NCBI RefSeq assembly: GCF_026210795.1
Contig: NC_089430.1
Coordinates: forward strand, 5,704,001-5,768,000
Direction of reading: 5' to 3'
DNA length: 64,000 nucleotides
Source of the DNA: Rhizophagus irregularis
Lineage: Eukaryota
Below the pieces are notes generated by a model, which worked only from the letters and a program-made list of their open reading frames with translations, was not told the DNA's origin and did no database searches. Position 1 is the stretch's first letter. Every line of letters starts with the position of its first letter. The translations under genes and the position numbers were made by a program. Below, one piece after another: positions 26,901-41,115 of this stretch.

Positions 26901-28217
26901 TGTTTGCTCATCAGTTAGTACATAAATTGGGTCAGTGCCAAAAGTAACATAAGTTAGTTTATAAGTTGATTTATCAAATAAAGTTTGATTAAACACATTT
27001 TTGTATTTACTATTCCAGCAATATTTGATTTCTTTATCTGGTGTATAATAGAATACAGAAGGTAAAAGAAATAAATCAGTATGATTCATAAAATTATATA
27101 GTTGAATATCTAAATAAAAAAATGATGATTTAATATGAGTAATAATTAACGTATAAAATAAAATTTATTAAAAATGGTTACCATCATTTATATCCAAAGA
27201 AGCAATAGGAATTCCCAATTCGATTGAATAAACAATGATAATTTTATACTGGATTTTTAGAAAAATCAACTCTTCATTACTGAATATTCCGATGTTTTTT
27301 GTTTTAAACTAAAAAATAATTAGTATTTAATATATTTAATTATAACTTAACACTGATTGGTTTGAAAGTAATTTCATAATATTTATTACCTTATAAGTTC
27401 TATTCTTATTATTAACAAATATTTTTACACTTTTCTCAGTATTAATATTCCATTCATAAATGTAATCATTTTCATCTGAATACAGGTAAACTTTATCATA
27501 TTTTGATATACTAATTAATTCATAATCTTCAGGTATCATATAAAATCTCTTACATTCCCATTTGTTATTTTTAGTTTGTGTGGAATAAATCCAAATAATT
27601 TTATGATCATCTTCAGAAATATCATCCTTTACACTATATAAAATAAATTCACTTTTTAAATTAAAGGCACAATAATAAGCATCTTCTGTATCTAAATTTA
27701 ATGTAATTTTTTTATCTTTGTTATTCATATCGATTACTAAAAAAAATATTAAAATAAATATCAATTACCATAATTTAATAATTACATAACCAAATAATTA
27801 TTACTTACAAGTAATAGCATTATAACCATTATTATAATATCTAATAATATAAGCAAGTTTCTTATCATCAGAAACACATAAACTTTTGATTTCACATTTA
27901 TCTTTTTCATCAATTTTAACAGTTTGATGAAATTTAAGTTGAACCTTATCTATATTTTTAACATTCCAACCGATAATTGAACGATCTTCTTTACTATAAG
28001 TAATAAGGTAGTTTTCACTTGGTGATATTTCTATCATAATAATAGATTTACTATTATGTCGTTCATCATCGATATCATCGAAGGTAAATATTTTATCAAC
28101 ATCATTTTCATCAACATCGATCTTATCAAAATCTATTTTATCAACATCAATTTTATCAACATCGATTTTATCGATTTTATCAATATCGTTAATTTCGATT
28201 ACTGAATTGTCACTCAT
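23940..28217 (-). CDS. TRP-like (transient receptor potential) cation channel protein, multi-exon
   Basis: WD/beta-rich N-terminus, WSGEALINFKW pre-S1, multiple TM helices, IIIISFAHAFYILL (S5), pore FRTSLFAMYLFLAG, MNLLIGLLSNAIEE (S6), QKAEILAEIELFYLLPYQRRWQTWFPE; about 8 exons. Confidence 0.82.
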
Positions 28218-28482
28218 TTGGTAATCGCTTATAAATATTATAAATATATAAATTTATTACCAAAGAAATTATTTTTTTTATATCGTCTATTTGCGATTAT
28301 ATACTTTTTTTTATTTTGAAACACCATGTATAAATATGCATGGCTGTATGCAAAATTTCGCCTCTTGCATAAAAAAAAAATTTCTTTATTGTCAAAAGTT
28401 AATTGAGCAATGATCATCGTGATCAATTTCATTTTTTTTTTGTGCATGGTTGTGCATATATATAAGGAAATCTCGGGTATTG

Positions 28483-28598
28483 CCTGGGCGATCATCGCCT
28501 TTACCAGCATTAGAATGCCATTTGGGCGAAGTTACATTCATGTTCTTAATTCTGCCCAAGTTCCATACTAATGCTGGTAAAGGCGATGATCGTCCAGG
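28483..28598. repeat. Short inverted repeat / mini-MITE
   Basis: CCTGGGCGATCATCGCCTTTACCAGCATTAG ... CTAATGCTGGTAAAGGCGATGATCGTCCAGG (30/31 match). Confidence 0.8.
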
Positions 28599-29041
28599 AG
28601 ATTTTTTTAATTATTTATCTTAAACTATAAAAAGCCTTATATAATAAACACAAATACTAAGAGATCGGCATCATTAGAGAAATCCTTATTAGGAAAATGA
28701 TTTCATACTTATGATTAATAAAAAAATTGATTAATAAAGAAAATAACAAAGTAATCAAAAGAATTTAGATTTTAAGATATTAATTTTATGTGTTTACATG
28801 CTCAACGATTTCTAAAGGTAAAAGATCAAATTTAAAATTTTTCAGTACTAATTCGAATCATTATAAAATTTTCAATCATTTATCTTCAAATTTTATTTTA
28901 TTTATTTTATTTTTTTTTAATTTCAATATATTAATAAAAAAAAGATAGATTAAAAAATTTTCACTTCATATATATAAAGATTCTATATAACTGTACTTCA
29001 TTAAAGATTACATAAGATTTATCTTGTTTGATAGTTATACT

Positions 29042-29338
29042 CAGGGTTGTGGTAGTACACCTGTACTAGCAAAATTCTAGTATGTACTGTACTAGCAAAA
29101 ATTTCGTACAAGTACTAAGTACACTGTACTAATACAATTATTACTTTTTAGGATATAATTTAACCATTTTAGGTAGATATCATGTGATCAATATTGTTTA
29201 TATTTATAAAATTAACCAATAAAATTTATTAATAGTATGTACTAAAATTGTATTTGTACTAAATTTTCAAGTACAAGTACAGTACTTAGTACTGTACTAT
29301 ACTGTACTAGTACTGTACTAGTACAATTCCCAACCCTG
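29042..29338. mobile_element. hAT-type MITE
   Basis: TIR CAGGGTTG / CAACCCTG, perfect 8-bp TSD GTTATACT (29034-29041, 29339-29346), subterminal GTAC(T/A) repeats. Confidence 0.9.
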
Positions 29339-31238
29339 GTTATACTGTTACTATATTAAACTTACATCACATATCAATAAAATTGCATCTCAAATTGGGT
29401 AATTCTGATAGTAATAAATTTATATATTCACTAGTAATAATAATAATACAACTTTGGTAGATTCGCTTTCGATTGTATGGCTAAATTAACTGATTAAAAG
29501 AGGAGAGAAATTTTTTTTTATCCTGATTCGTTTTTTAATGTTAGGTGATGATTATTATATGAAGGTTAGCGGAGGATAGTCAAAATTGAAAGTCTACAAG
29601 AAAAATAACTAAACTGAAACGAATATTTACTCTATAAAAAAACTGGATACGCTTTTTAATAATGTTTTTTACTTTTTATGGAAATAATGTATCATAATAG
29701 TCCGTTGAAAAAATACAGAAAAATGCACAATTTCGTATAACTAAAATATGGTTTGGATACGGAATTTGTACGGGATTCGTACGGAATTACATGATTTGAT
29801 CATGAAATTTATACTTCACCCCCTTTTATTAGTATTGCAAAGAATTACAACGTAATCAATTACAATGTTGACGCAACAGAATCAAATCAATAAAGGTATC
29901 TAAACTAGAATAACACAAAAATAAAAACAAATACAAAACAAAAAAAAAACTAAACTATAAACTACAAACAACCCTTTAAATTTTTGTTTATAACGAGTAT
30001 CACCTATGAGTAATAGATAATTTATTTGTCCTCCACTCGCCACCTCTTTGTAAATTCCCTACTCTTTGGACTCTTAGTCGCTGGCTCTTTTCTCGTTAAT
30101 GTTCTTGGTATCTATCTCTCGGTTCTCTTCTTTAACACGTTTTGTCGTTTTGTGAAGTCGTCGTATATCTTTGTATCACATCATGTGATTGCACCGCTTC
30201 AATGACTCTTGATATTGTAATGCCGTAATATACCTAGTAAATTTATTAATTATAAGGCGCAGTATTATATTTAGAAATTAGTGTATATAGTTTAAAATTG
30301 TATGATGTTACAAATTTAACGTCCGAGATGACGTTAAACTAGAAAACATGTGATTTGAATGAATAGTAGATCATTTGGGGAGAGAACTAAAATTAGAAGC
30401 TTGATATTTTAAGAAGATCGAAAGAAGGAAAAATTCGAAATTTCAAAAACACGAAAAATGTTAAGATCTGAAGTGTGCAGTTTGATTGAGCATGAAATTC
30501 AGAGATGGATAAAATTTTAGGATTTTGACCTAAAAATGTGAAATGGGATAAAATCTTTCTTAGAGAAAGTACTTTTAGATTTAATATAAATATGGTGCCG
30601 AGAAGTCTATACTCGACAATCACGTGATTTTGTTTCCGATTCTATATCATGTGATCCGGAATTCAGCCAATAAAAAACTGGGATTTCTTGTGTAAAGTAC
30701 TTCACCATTTCGCCGGAGTATTTAATCACCTGATGATCATTTTCATATTGTATAAATTCATGTGGCATATGATCTACTCTGATTGGTCAAAATTTAGTGG
30801 TTGACATATAAAATTTACCCCCGGTTGACAAGCAAATTTTTTCACAGAATAAAAAACGCGAATCGATATACTGTTTTAGTTATAAATAAAATTACCATAG
30901 TTACTACGCCAAAACAATAGTGTATGTAGCAGCCATTTTCATTATGTAAAAAAAAAATGTACAGTTAACTAATATATTTTATTTTTTAAATTATTTCATT
31001 TGATATTTTTATCCAATAAATAAAATGTTTCAAATTTGAAATAAAGGATCGTAAGAAACTAAAATGTAACTCACGTCTTAGAGAAAAGCAAAATAAAAAT
31101 AAAAATTCGGCATCAATATTTAATTCAAATATTTACTTCGTATTTTATGTTTGAGAATTTTTTGACTAAATCATTTGAAAAATTTTTCACTATGCTATTT
31201 GTAAAATATCTACATTAGATTCTGTGTTTACCTTGGGC

Positions 31239-31593
31239 TAGGGATGGGAATCGATTATCAAATCTTTGTAGATTCGATTTTTTGTTCCTTAAAAGATAAT
31301 CCATTTTAAGCTTTGATAATTAATTCCATGATCAGTAAATATATAAATTCTGAATTAAATTGTAAAATCTATTAAGAAATTATGTATCGTTACTAATACC
31401 CAACAAATTACTATAACATCATTTCGTCATTTTTAAGTTTGAAGGCTATTATCGATCAATTTTTTTTAAAAAATATTTTAAATCATGCATTTTAATTTTA
31501 GATGCAATGCTAAAATTAATTTTTTTGCTTAATTTCAATTTTCTCTTCAACAAGTGAGATTCGATTTTGATTCGATTATCGATTCAATCCCTA
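31239..31593. mobile_element. hAT-type MITE
   Basis: TIR TAGGGAT..AATCGAT / ATCGATT..ATCCCTA; TSD CCTTGGGC / CCTTGGGA (7/8). Confidence 0.85.
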
Positions 31594-32286
31594 CCTTGGG
31601 AAACTATGCAACTAACCGAATTACAAATTACCAACAATCAATTCGGTAATAGGCTTTTCTCTCGCCGTTTTTGTTTATTCTTAATTCGTAATCCATCTCC
31701 GAACCAGTGAAAACTACTAATACATTTCGGGGAATTATTTTGTAAATTAATTATCTCTTAAATGGCTTTTGAGCTAATTTGTCCAGAATTTTTTTTAAAT
31801 ATTGTAGAATAACAAGAATAATTATCAGGCCTAAAAACTCGTCATACTTGAGAGAAAGAATCCGAAAGTAGAACTACATAAAAAAATAATTATTCGCATA
31901 TCTAAGTAATGTGAAGAAATAGAATAATATCCTATATTAGAAGAATTTCTAAGCACAAATTTGTTGAAGTTATACATTCATTACAGGATTTAAGCCATTT
32001 AAGAAATTACTAATACAAATCTAACTTCTATACCTTACGTTAAATTTACACCTAAAATTTTGACAAGAACCATTATTAAGTATTTTCATATTATTTGATA
32101 CTAAATTTATTAATATAAATGTAAATTTAGTAATTGACATTACAATTTACATTTAAAAATTTAGAAAAATTTAAGTAATTTTTTACTTACTGTTATCTTG
32201 AAGTTCCATTCTTTTAAAACGTCAACTTCATTTCATCATTGTTAAATATAAATCCGACTTCTTCATAGAGTAATATAAAAAATATC

Positions 32287-32399
32287 TTATGGAAAATATT
32301 AAATATATTCAGTTCGCTTGATAAGTAATTCATAAGTATTAATTATGGAAAATATAAATATATTCAGTTCGCTTGATAAGTAATTCATAAGTATTAATT
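32287..32399. repeat. ~56-bp direct tandem duplication
   Basis: Two near-identical copies of TTATGGAAAATAT(T)AAATATATTCAGTTCGCTTGATAAGTAATTCATAAGTATTAA. Confidence 0.9.
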
Positions 32400-32778
32400 T
32401 TTTAAGTCTTCAAGTTAATTAATTCATTTAAGGTAGCGGTATTGGCGTGAGATAAATTACTAACCAGGACTATATTCATAAATTTTGCAATAAAAAAAAA
32501 GGGTTGTACGTCCGGTGAAAGATTTATTGAAACACAACAAGATGTGATTTTATCATTGCCAATCGGTGATACGAGTTATGCCATATCACAACATATAAAT
32601 TTTTAGCAACACAATGACGCCGGAATTCAGGATTAAATGATATAATAACACTTTATCATATATTTTTTATTCTACTTATTTTTTTTTGTTACAAACTTAA
32701 TTATTCTTAATGTAAAAAAATCATATAGGTTTTAAGATTTGAAAACTAAAACGCCAAATTCAGATGAAGCCAATCTTG

Positions 32779-32950
32779 AAAAAAAAACAACGAAAAATAA
32801 CGACGATATAAAAAGTACAAAAAAAAAAAACAACGAAAAATAACGAAGATATAAAAAGAACGAAAAAAAAAACAATGAAAATAACGACGATATAAAAAGT
32901 ACGAAAAAAAAACAACAAAAAATAACGACAATATAAAGTACGAAGAAAAA
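32779..32950. repeat. ~40-bp minisatellite, 4 copies, just 3' of the HMG gene
   Basis: AAAAAACAACGAAAAATAACGACGATATAAAAAGTAC repeated. Confidence 0.85.
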
Positions 32951-32983
32951 AAATTTTGAAAAATTTTGATTTAGGATTGCCCA

Positions 32984-33727
32984 TTAATTAATAAAATTAT
33001 TCTGGCATATTTCACAAAAGCATGAATCGATAGAAAAAAAGTTTATATTAATTAAATCATCTACTACTGGTGTAGAAAGTTGGTAATGATTGAAATTTAA
33101 ATCATCTACTGGTGTAAAAAGTTGGTAATGATTGAAATTTAAATCATCTACTGGTGTAAAAAGTTGGTAAGGATTGAAATTTAAATCATCTACTGGTGTA
33201 AAAAGTTGGTAAGGATTGGAATAAGGGATTTGAATGTTACTTGAATTAACATTTAAGGTAACCTCAGGATATAGTGAGTCATAAAGTTGGTAGGAAGGAA
33301 CAGAAAGGATTGGAATGTGTCTTGGACTAACAACATTGTTGTACTCGGTAACTCCGGATGGTGAGTTATCTTGTAGGTCCAGAGACAATGACTCATTGAC
33401 AAGAACTAATTTTTCCTTCCGCCTTATTTCCGTTAGCCGATTTTCCACTTGTTCAGATAGATTCTTATAAGCATCTCTTACTGCAGTCGTTTCATTGAAC
33501 CACATCGAACTAATGTAAGATGATATTTTTGTCATAGGCACATTGTCATTGGTTCGTTTTCTAAGTTCTTTGAGGAAAGCTAGTCTGTATATGAAGTAAC
33601 TGTTGGGAGCCCTCGACTTAAGTCTATCTTCTGACCTATTGCTCAAGATCTCTTCAACTGTCAGTTCTGGTGGAAATGGTACTTTAAAGAGCGGAATTTC
33701 ATATTTGGTTGATTTTTTAACGTTCAT
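32984..33727 (-). CDS. MATA-type HMG-box transcription factor
   Basis: Intronless 247-aa ORF; PFPPELT leader, RAPNSYFIYR..MTKISSYISSMWFNE..VRDAYKNLS HMG box; C-terminal 14-aa repeat x4. Confidence 0.88.
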   Translation of the reverse strand: MNVKKSTKYEIPLFKVPFPPELTVEEILSNRSEDRLKSRAPNSYFIYRLAFLKELRKRTNDNVPMTKISSYISSMWFNETTAVRDAYKNLSEQVENRLTEIRRKEKLVLVNESLSLDLQDNSPSGVTEYNNVVSPRHIPILSVPSYQLYDSLYPEVTLNVNSSNIQIPYSNPYQLFTPVDDLNFNPYQLFTPVDDLNFNHYQLFTPVDDLNFNHYQLSTPVVDDLININFFSIDSCFCEICQNNFIN

Positions 33728-36509
33728 ACTATCAAATGAAGTAAAGAGAATTAGAACTGTAGAGATGAAATAGGTAAACCAGTGGTATATATATATTTAT
33801 TTTTGAATTAGCTTTATCTGTTTTTCTTTTGAAAGTCAAATGAATTGTATATAAAAAGTTTATTATAAATCATGATAAGATCAATTAAGAAGATTTCATG
33901 CATTAATATTTTGTTTTAATTTACGAAAATAGTTAATCCTATTGATTATTCTTGATAAAACTAATTCCGAAAAGGTAGAAACAAATCTGTAATAATTGAA
34001 AAAATAAATAATCGTCATTTTAATCATTCATTCATTGATTTTATACTTTACCAGTAAAAAAAAAAAATTCGATGATTTCGTCCAAGATTCCATTTAATTA
34101 TGGCGTTTGTTGATGTTTGATTGTTACAGAATTTCAAATCGTTTAAAAGTATAAAAAAGGTATGTACATATTGAAATCATTAAGAAGTAAACCCATTATT
34201 TCATTATGTTTACTAAATTGGTAAATTTATATATTTAGGAATTATGAATGTTGTGACTATTTTAAAGGGTAAACCTTCTTCATCTCATGAAAAAAACTCT
34301 GAGACCTTATGTTTTTATTTCATATTTTAATTGAATGTTATTTTAGCGTAATCGATTGACAATGCATTGATTTTCTTTGACCGCAGCAGCAGATCTAATT
34401 TTTCGATCAAATTGGTTAAAAATCCTACGTAATTTTTAAAATTACAATGGTTTATGTCATTTGATTCCAATATATGCATGATTTATTGTTACCGATTATA
34501 GTCGATACGATGGGAATACAATTCAAAGTTGAGTACTAGATCGTATCTTTTCTTCGGTGAATAGTGATTTTAACTTACTAAAAAGTTTAACAGATAAATT
34601 TCATAATATCAGATTATGCAATATACGTAAGGTACTTTCTTTTTATTTCCAAATTAACCGACAATATCCTACATTTTTATGTTATTCATTTTTTAATTTA
34701 ACCTTTTGACTTTCAAAACTTATTATGCACATTAATTTATTATTTGCATCTTTCTTTAAACAATTAGAACTCTAAAAAGGAAAATTCTCTTTGAATCTAG
34801 AATACATTTTGGCGTAACGGATCAACTTTTCATGGTGCTAAATAATTTTAAAATTGATGATAAATATTTCACCATAAATATATAATGAAATATGTTATTA
34901 TGGCGCAAATTCCGCACTGCCGAAGGATACTACACCATCTATATAGATTTAATGAAACATCACATAACAGATTTAATTTTATTCTAACATGCATTCTAAG
35001 TATTAAATATTATGATCATTAAATTTCTTGCTTTATAAGTCTAGAAACAATTTCTTTTAATTTTACGGATATAGGTCATAAGAAATAACTGAATAGTCTT
35101 TCATATAACTTACTATAATAACATTTTTAATTCTTTTAGTAATTGAATTATAAAACGTTTAAATTTTTATGCCCGTCGCACATGAATTGATCGTCAAATA
35201 GCAAGGATTTTCACCTAATTTTAGGTTAATTCAAATTATACATTCATTGTTAATTAACTATATTGAAAATAATGCATTTGTTATACTTATTATACTTCGC
35301 CGCCGAAAAATAGTAGCTATCGAATGAGTATCGAATGCCAGGCTAAACAGAAATTTAAAGGTAAAGTACATATTGTTTAATATTAAACACCATATTGTTT
35401 AGTACAAAGAACATTTGGCATAATATGCAAAGTGTTTATCATTAAATAAATGCAAATATTATGAATTTTTTAAAAAAATTTCCTAAAAGGAAATATACTC
35501 CGTTTGAAACTTCCAAAAAAGAGAATTTCTTTTACAGGATTACTTAATTTACACCTGTCCAGTCCGGGAGTAGTCCGGGTAGCCGGTTTTATATGCCGGT
35601 AGACAAACAAATTTTCTTCTTCACGTGATTTTGTGGCGTCAAAATTTTGATTGGCTTACATTTATCTTTTTTAAAAAAAAAAACGGAACAGACGAAAAAA
35701 AAGGAAAAAAAAAAGTGTATTTTTTTTTCTTAAAATATTATAACAAAAAAAAAAACATTTTATTTCTTTTACAATAAGAACATTTAAATATAAAATTTTT
35801 ACACTTAATTAAATTTAATAAACAAATAAACTAACATTATTTTACTAAGATTACGTTGTAAAGTGTAAAAACAAGGCAAAGTAATTTTACACAAAAACAT
35901 TCATACGTCATACCTTTGAAATTACTTAATATGATAAAAATTAATATTTGATTAATACCATATATACTGAACAACTTTATTTAAGATTCCTAGACCTATT
36001 TCATTCAACCAAAGTATTGAAATTACGCTATAAACAAAAAAATAAATTAAATTTCATTAATGTATAAATATGTATATATAAATATCTGTTTTTCGCAAAA
36101 TTTAAGAAATATTAATAAAGTGTAAAAGCAATAATTTTTAAATGTGCTGTTATAAAAGTAATAAAATAATTATTTATATAAAATAATATATATATAATTT
36201 TTTTTCTTTTTTTTTTAATAAATGTTATGTGCGAAAGCAATTATCAAATATTTGTTGTTGTTTCCGTGCCTTATTAAGGAGAATAACGTAGTCATGCCGA
36301 ATTTTCATGTAGTATTAGTTATGGGTTTCATAAACAAAAAATCGATTTCGTAAATCTGGGACAATTATAATCACATGCTGTAATAGGTGATGCGCAAGTT
36401 ATACAGAGATTACGTAATCAATTACGTTATAGAAATTTTTTTTAAACAAGTAAATACGAAATTTTAAATAAATAAATATAAAGATTTTTTTTACAATAAA
36501 TACAACGAA

Positions 36510-36584
36510 TAAAAGAAATTCTGGTTGGGATCTGAATTGGACTGGCTGGGTTTCAAAAAACGGACTTTTGTGCAGGAATACAGT
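36510..36584 (-). mobile_element. Terminus of a hAT-like non-autonomous element (same family as 46361)
   Basis: Reverse complement ACTGTATTCCTGCACAAAAGTCCGTTTTTTGAAACCCAGCCAGTCC..CAGATCCCAACCAGAAT matches 46361-46430. Confidence 0.55.
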
Positions 36585-37458
36585 CAAGACCGTTAAATTA
36601 GGAAATTTCTCTCACCAAAATTATATATTTTGTTAAGTCAATTCTTTAACATGTTAATTTTTTTTATAAACGAATTGAATATAAATTCGAATTATTAAAA
36701 AATTATGTATTAAATTAATTTTTCTTTAAAGTTTTGATTCATTAGGAAAAGAAGTATTTATGATTTTACAACCTGACGAAATCTAAAACCTTTAAAAAAA
36801 AATGAATGAATAAACTTTAATTTCGCAGTAAAACATAGGTTTAATTCGGCTACTGCTTTGTGGAGCGACTAAACCAACTTGAAGCGGTTCAGCATGAATC
36901 AACTCAAATCAAGCCTAACTCAAACTGATATTAGTGGCTGATCAGCACATGACCAAAATAAATTCTTTAATCTTTCCGAATTAACTATTATTTTCTTTAC
37001 TTTTTTGATTTATTTATCTATTTTTTTTAAAAAAAAAGAAATACTAAAGACTCTTTATTTTCTGTTTTTGTAGGTTTCAGCTTCAATTCAGAAGGATTTT
37101 TCGGATTAATTATTAGCTCCAAATAGATAACTTCAGGGTGATAATAATTAAATTTATTAAAAGTAACTGAAATTTAATATAATCTTTTGTAAATTTTATT
37201 TGTAGTTAATTTTTTTTAGTGAATAAATTTTAATAATATAAATAGTAAAAAATAAATAACAATTATTTTAATATTTTATAGTTTAAAACTTATTTTTCTT
37301 TGATCAAATAAAGTCACGTCGCTACATTGTATAATAAAAATAAAAAAATTTTGCTAAAATAATATAATAAATAAAAGTACTGAAATAGAATAATATATAA
37401 TAAAAAGAAATACTAAAATTTTTTGAACAATATACTAATTTAATATTCATCACACATG

Positions 37459-37460
<2 letters not shown>

Positions 37461-37494
<34 letters not shown>
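37461..37494. repeat. (AT)n microsatellite
   Basis: Direct reading. Confidence 0.95.
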
Positions 37495-37496
<2 letters not shown>

Positions 37497-37634
37497 CATC
37501 GCTACCGCTACCTTTTGTCACCCGTGACACTCCTCTTAATTTTGCCCAGAGGCGATGCATCGCTATGGGCGATAAATAAATTTACCCCTTAAAATTAATT
37601 CATCATCGTCTTGATTGAGATCTATTTTTAAAAA

Positions 37635-37663
37635 AATAATAATAATAATAATAATAATAATAA
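37635..37663. repeat. (AAT)n microsatellite, intronic in the kinase pseudogene tail
   Basis: Direct reading. Confidence 0.9.
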
Positions 37664-38675
37664 TTAAATTAAATTAATAATTTCATATATTTAAAAAACG
37701 GATGTCTTACCTAATTCATTTAATTCACAATCCAAACATTCAGTAACTATTAATAAAATGAAAATAAACATTATTATAATAATCACAATAATCTTTAATA
37801 ATTCAAATATATACTTACTTGGATTTGCTGATGACGATGAAATAGTTTCTATTAAAAAAAATAAAAAAATCAATAAATTATATTTTAAATATTAATTTTT
37901 TAAACGTACAGTATAATTACCTTGATATGAAGATAAATAATCGGTGGTTCTGAAAGATTTTCAAAATTTAAAAGTCAGCTAGTATAAATTGCTTGTGGAT
38001 GTGTTTGAAGATTTTTAGATTTATTTTCATTGGTTCTGTTTTTTGATTTATTCTCTTTAATTTTTTCACATTCTTTTATTTGAGAATAAATTACGCTACC
38101 TTCATCATCACTGTCACTAATATATTTTTCCAATAAAACAAAAAAGTGTCAATCACGTGACTGAATTTATTCATCATATTGTCACACCCGTATATTTAAT
38201 CTTCGCCAGCGTCGCCCCAAGATTTTTCACCCCACGTGACTTTGTAATTCTGGCCAAAATTTTGTTTGGCAAAAATTATGATGTACGGTTGTACAATACA
38301 TCACGCGACATTTATTTATCAGGTACATTTTGGGCGTTTTGGCTTTTTTTTTTTTCTTTGTCTTTGGTCACTAAAGAAAGAAATAAATCACCGTAAGTGC
38401 TTAATATATATTACCATAATGATTAAACGAAAAGGAAATTTATATTATATTTATTTATTAGAAAACTATTTTATAACTTATAAGTTGATTATTATTTTAT
38501 ATTTTTATATTATAATATTATTGTAACTTTATATGTTGTGAACACAAAATATTTTGTATAATATTAATATAATAACAATAAAATTACTTTAAATAAATTA
38601 TTACTTTATTGAGATTTATTTATTTTATATTATTAATTATTGATAATATTCATTTAAAATATTTATAGAACTATA

Positions 38676-41115
38676 ATGACTTCAAAAATTCTTACGACAA
38701 ATGACAATAACAAGCAGTATTGTAAAGGATGTGAAAAAACTTTACCCCTTAACTTATTTACCGTTAATGGAAAATCCTTTCGTATTTGCAATACATGGCG
38801 CGTTCAAAATAAGGAAGTTTATCAGCGAAAAATGATGCAAAATAATGCAGATGTTGATCGCGTTATGGTGGATTTTCATGATTTTGATGACTATATAGCA
38901 GATTTATTTGAAAATATGAATAATAGCACGAACAAAGAAAATCATGAATTTAAACTTTCTTGTACTATAAAAAGTACTAGACTGGAAGGTGATTTAAAGG
39001 AATGGGCCAATTGTATTGTAAAAATAATATCTGATGTGGACGAATATACCTGGGTGTGAGTTGAATTTATTTATACAGTATTTGATTTTATGTGTTTATT
39101 ATTGATTTTACTTTTTTTTAATAAAGATTTCACGATGCTTTAATGCAAAAAAAAAAAAATGTAACTTATCGATATTATTGTTCTCAGAGAGATTGCTTAA
39201 AGGAAAAATCAAAAAAAAACATTCAGATATTAATAAGCATCGTGATAATCAATCGATGATTCGGTATTCGTGTAAAGGTTGCATAAAAATTATTATTAAT
39301 GACTATTTCACCTGAACTTAAACTTTTTATATCAGATAATATTGATTTACTTCCACGAGAGATTTACAAGCGGCTTGTTGAACGTGGTTTAGACCTTAAT
39401 ATTCGTCAAAAACAGATACATTATTGGTGGACAGCAATTGGGCAGCATAGATACAAACGAGATGAAGATCCTTTTATTTCTGCTCAAAAATGGCTTAAAG
39501 AAGATTCATATCATGTTATATTTCAAAAAAATTGTCCAAATTCCCTTGGTTTTTTAACAGAATTATGGAATGTGTTGAAGAATTCTCAATTCAAAATACA
39601 TGAAATTGGAGTTGATGCTACATGTAAGTATTTTTTTTTTGTATAATTTAATTATAATACATTTGATAAATTATATTTATTCTTTTTTAGATAATACGAA
39701 TAATTTAAAGTTTGAGTTGTATGTAGTACATGCTGAAATCGATGGCATGGGATTTCCATTGGCATATTTGTTCATGGAGAATAATGGAAATTGCGGCAAT
39801 GGAATACGTACTGGAATCTTAATTGACTTCCTGATACAACTAAAAGAACGGGATTAGAACCAGAGTTTTTTATAAGTGATAAGGACTTTGCTCAAATATC
39901 AGCTGCTCGTTTTGTTTGGAAAAACATAAAGGTACAACTCTGTCTTTGGCATATTAAAAAGGCAGTAGAAGCAAGACTATCAAGTAATAAAAAACCAATA
40001 CAAATTAATTATAATGGCGAGGCAGCACACAAATTATTCTCTTTTATTGATCCTTCATTTCGGCCTAATTTAACTAAGGAGAAGATAATTTTTTGTCCAA
40101 AAGAATTACGTTCTATAGTCTGGGAAAAAATGAATAAACATTTACATGAACATCCACTTATTCCAATGGCCAATGGGCAGTTTCGTTCATCAAATCAAAT
40201 TTGGAAAGAAGCTGTAAAAGAAATTTATGATTTTTGTCAGCAGCATTTATTATCATGGCTTTGGGTTTATCTGTGGAATGAGTGGTATAGTGCAGACCGG
40301 TGGTTTCTATGGTTTCGGGCAGGATGTAGTAATAAACTTTCAATTATGAAAACTAATATGTTTGTGGAAGCTCACTGGAAAGTACTAAAGCGTGATTTTC
40401 TATACAAATTTTTTCGTCCGCGCCTGGATTTAGTTGTCTTTATTATCATGAAGCAAGTGGTTCCACAAAATGAAAGAAAATTTAATCATATTTTTGTTGT
40501 AAAACGAGAAAAAGTTGATCGGCGAAAGGCATTTAAAAGGGAATGGAAGGAGCTTTCATCACGAGTTCTTAATAATAACTTATATTTAACTGACATCAAT
40601 AATTGTTTTTGTGGATGTCCATCTTTTCTTACTAGCCGTTTTTTAATTTGTAAACATCTTATACAACAAAAAGGAATAGTAGATACTTTATTTTTTGATA
40701 TGGTTTATCGTCATCATCAATATCTTTTCATTAATACAATATCCTCTCAAATTATTGATTTTGAACGATCTAATTCTCATAATTTACAAACAGCATTAAT
40801 TTTTGAAGTTGCCGAAGATGAGAATTTACAAGTTTGTAAAGAGATATATGAAAGGCTTATTAATACAACAGAGAAAGTACTTGATATTCTTAAAGGTAAT
40901 TGATTTGTAATTAATTAAATTAAGTTTAATGTAATTCTTTATTAATGGTCTAATAGATCAACAAGATAAAGGAAATTTTAAATGGGTGAAGAGTGTTGAA
41001 AAAAATTTTCAACCAATTGAAAAAATGTTGACTGAAATTACGGTTTACAAAAGAAGAAGAACAATGGTTCGAACCTTCAAAGATAGTTCTCATAATACTT
41101 TATTTTTTAACTAAC
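38676..41115 (+). pseudogene. MULE/SWIM transposase, frameshifted
   Basis: CxxC N-terminus, IGVDAT(Y)NTNNLKFELY, FPLAYLF, SDKDFAQI, QLCLWH (CxxH), TNMFVEAHWKVLK, SWIM CFCGC..ICKH; frameshift near 39850 and probable frameshifts in A-runs near 39150-39220. Confidence 0.85.

Noticed and set aside
29700..30850. Possible LTR or TE remnant
   Set aside because: No paired LTR/TIR, TSD or coding motif could be confirmed by eye
32746..32984. Phe-rich short ORFs
   Set aside because: Translation of an A-rich minisatellite
32984..33727. Mating-type locus
   Set aside because: MATA-HMG genes are a large expanded family in AM fungi, whose putative MAT locus is homeodomain-based; no MAT-linked neighbours here
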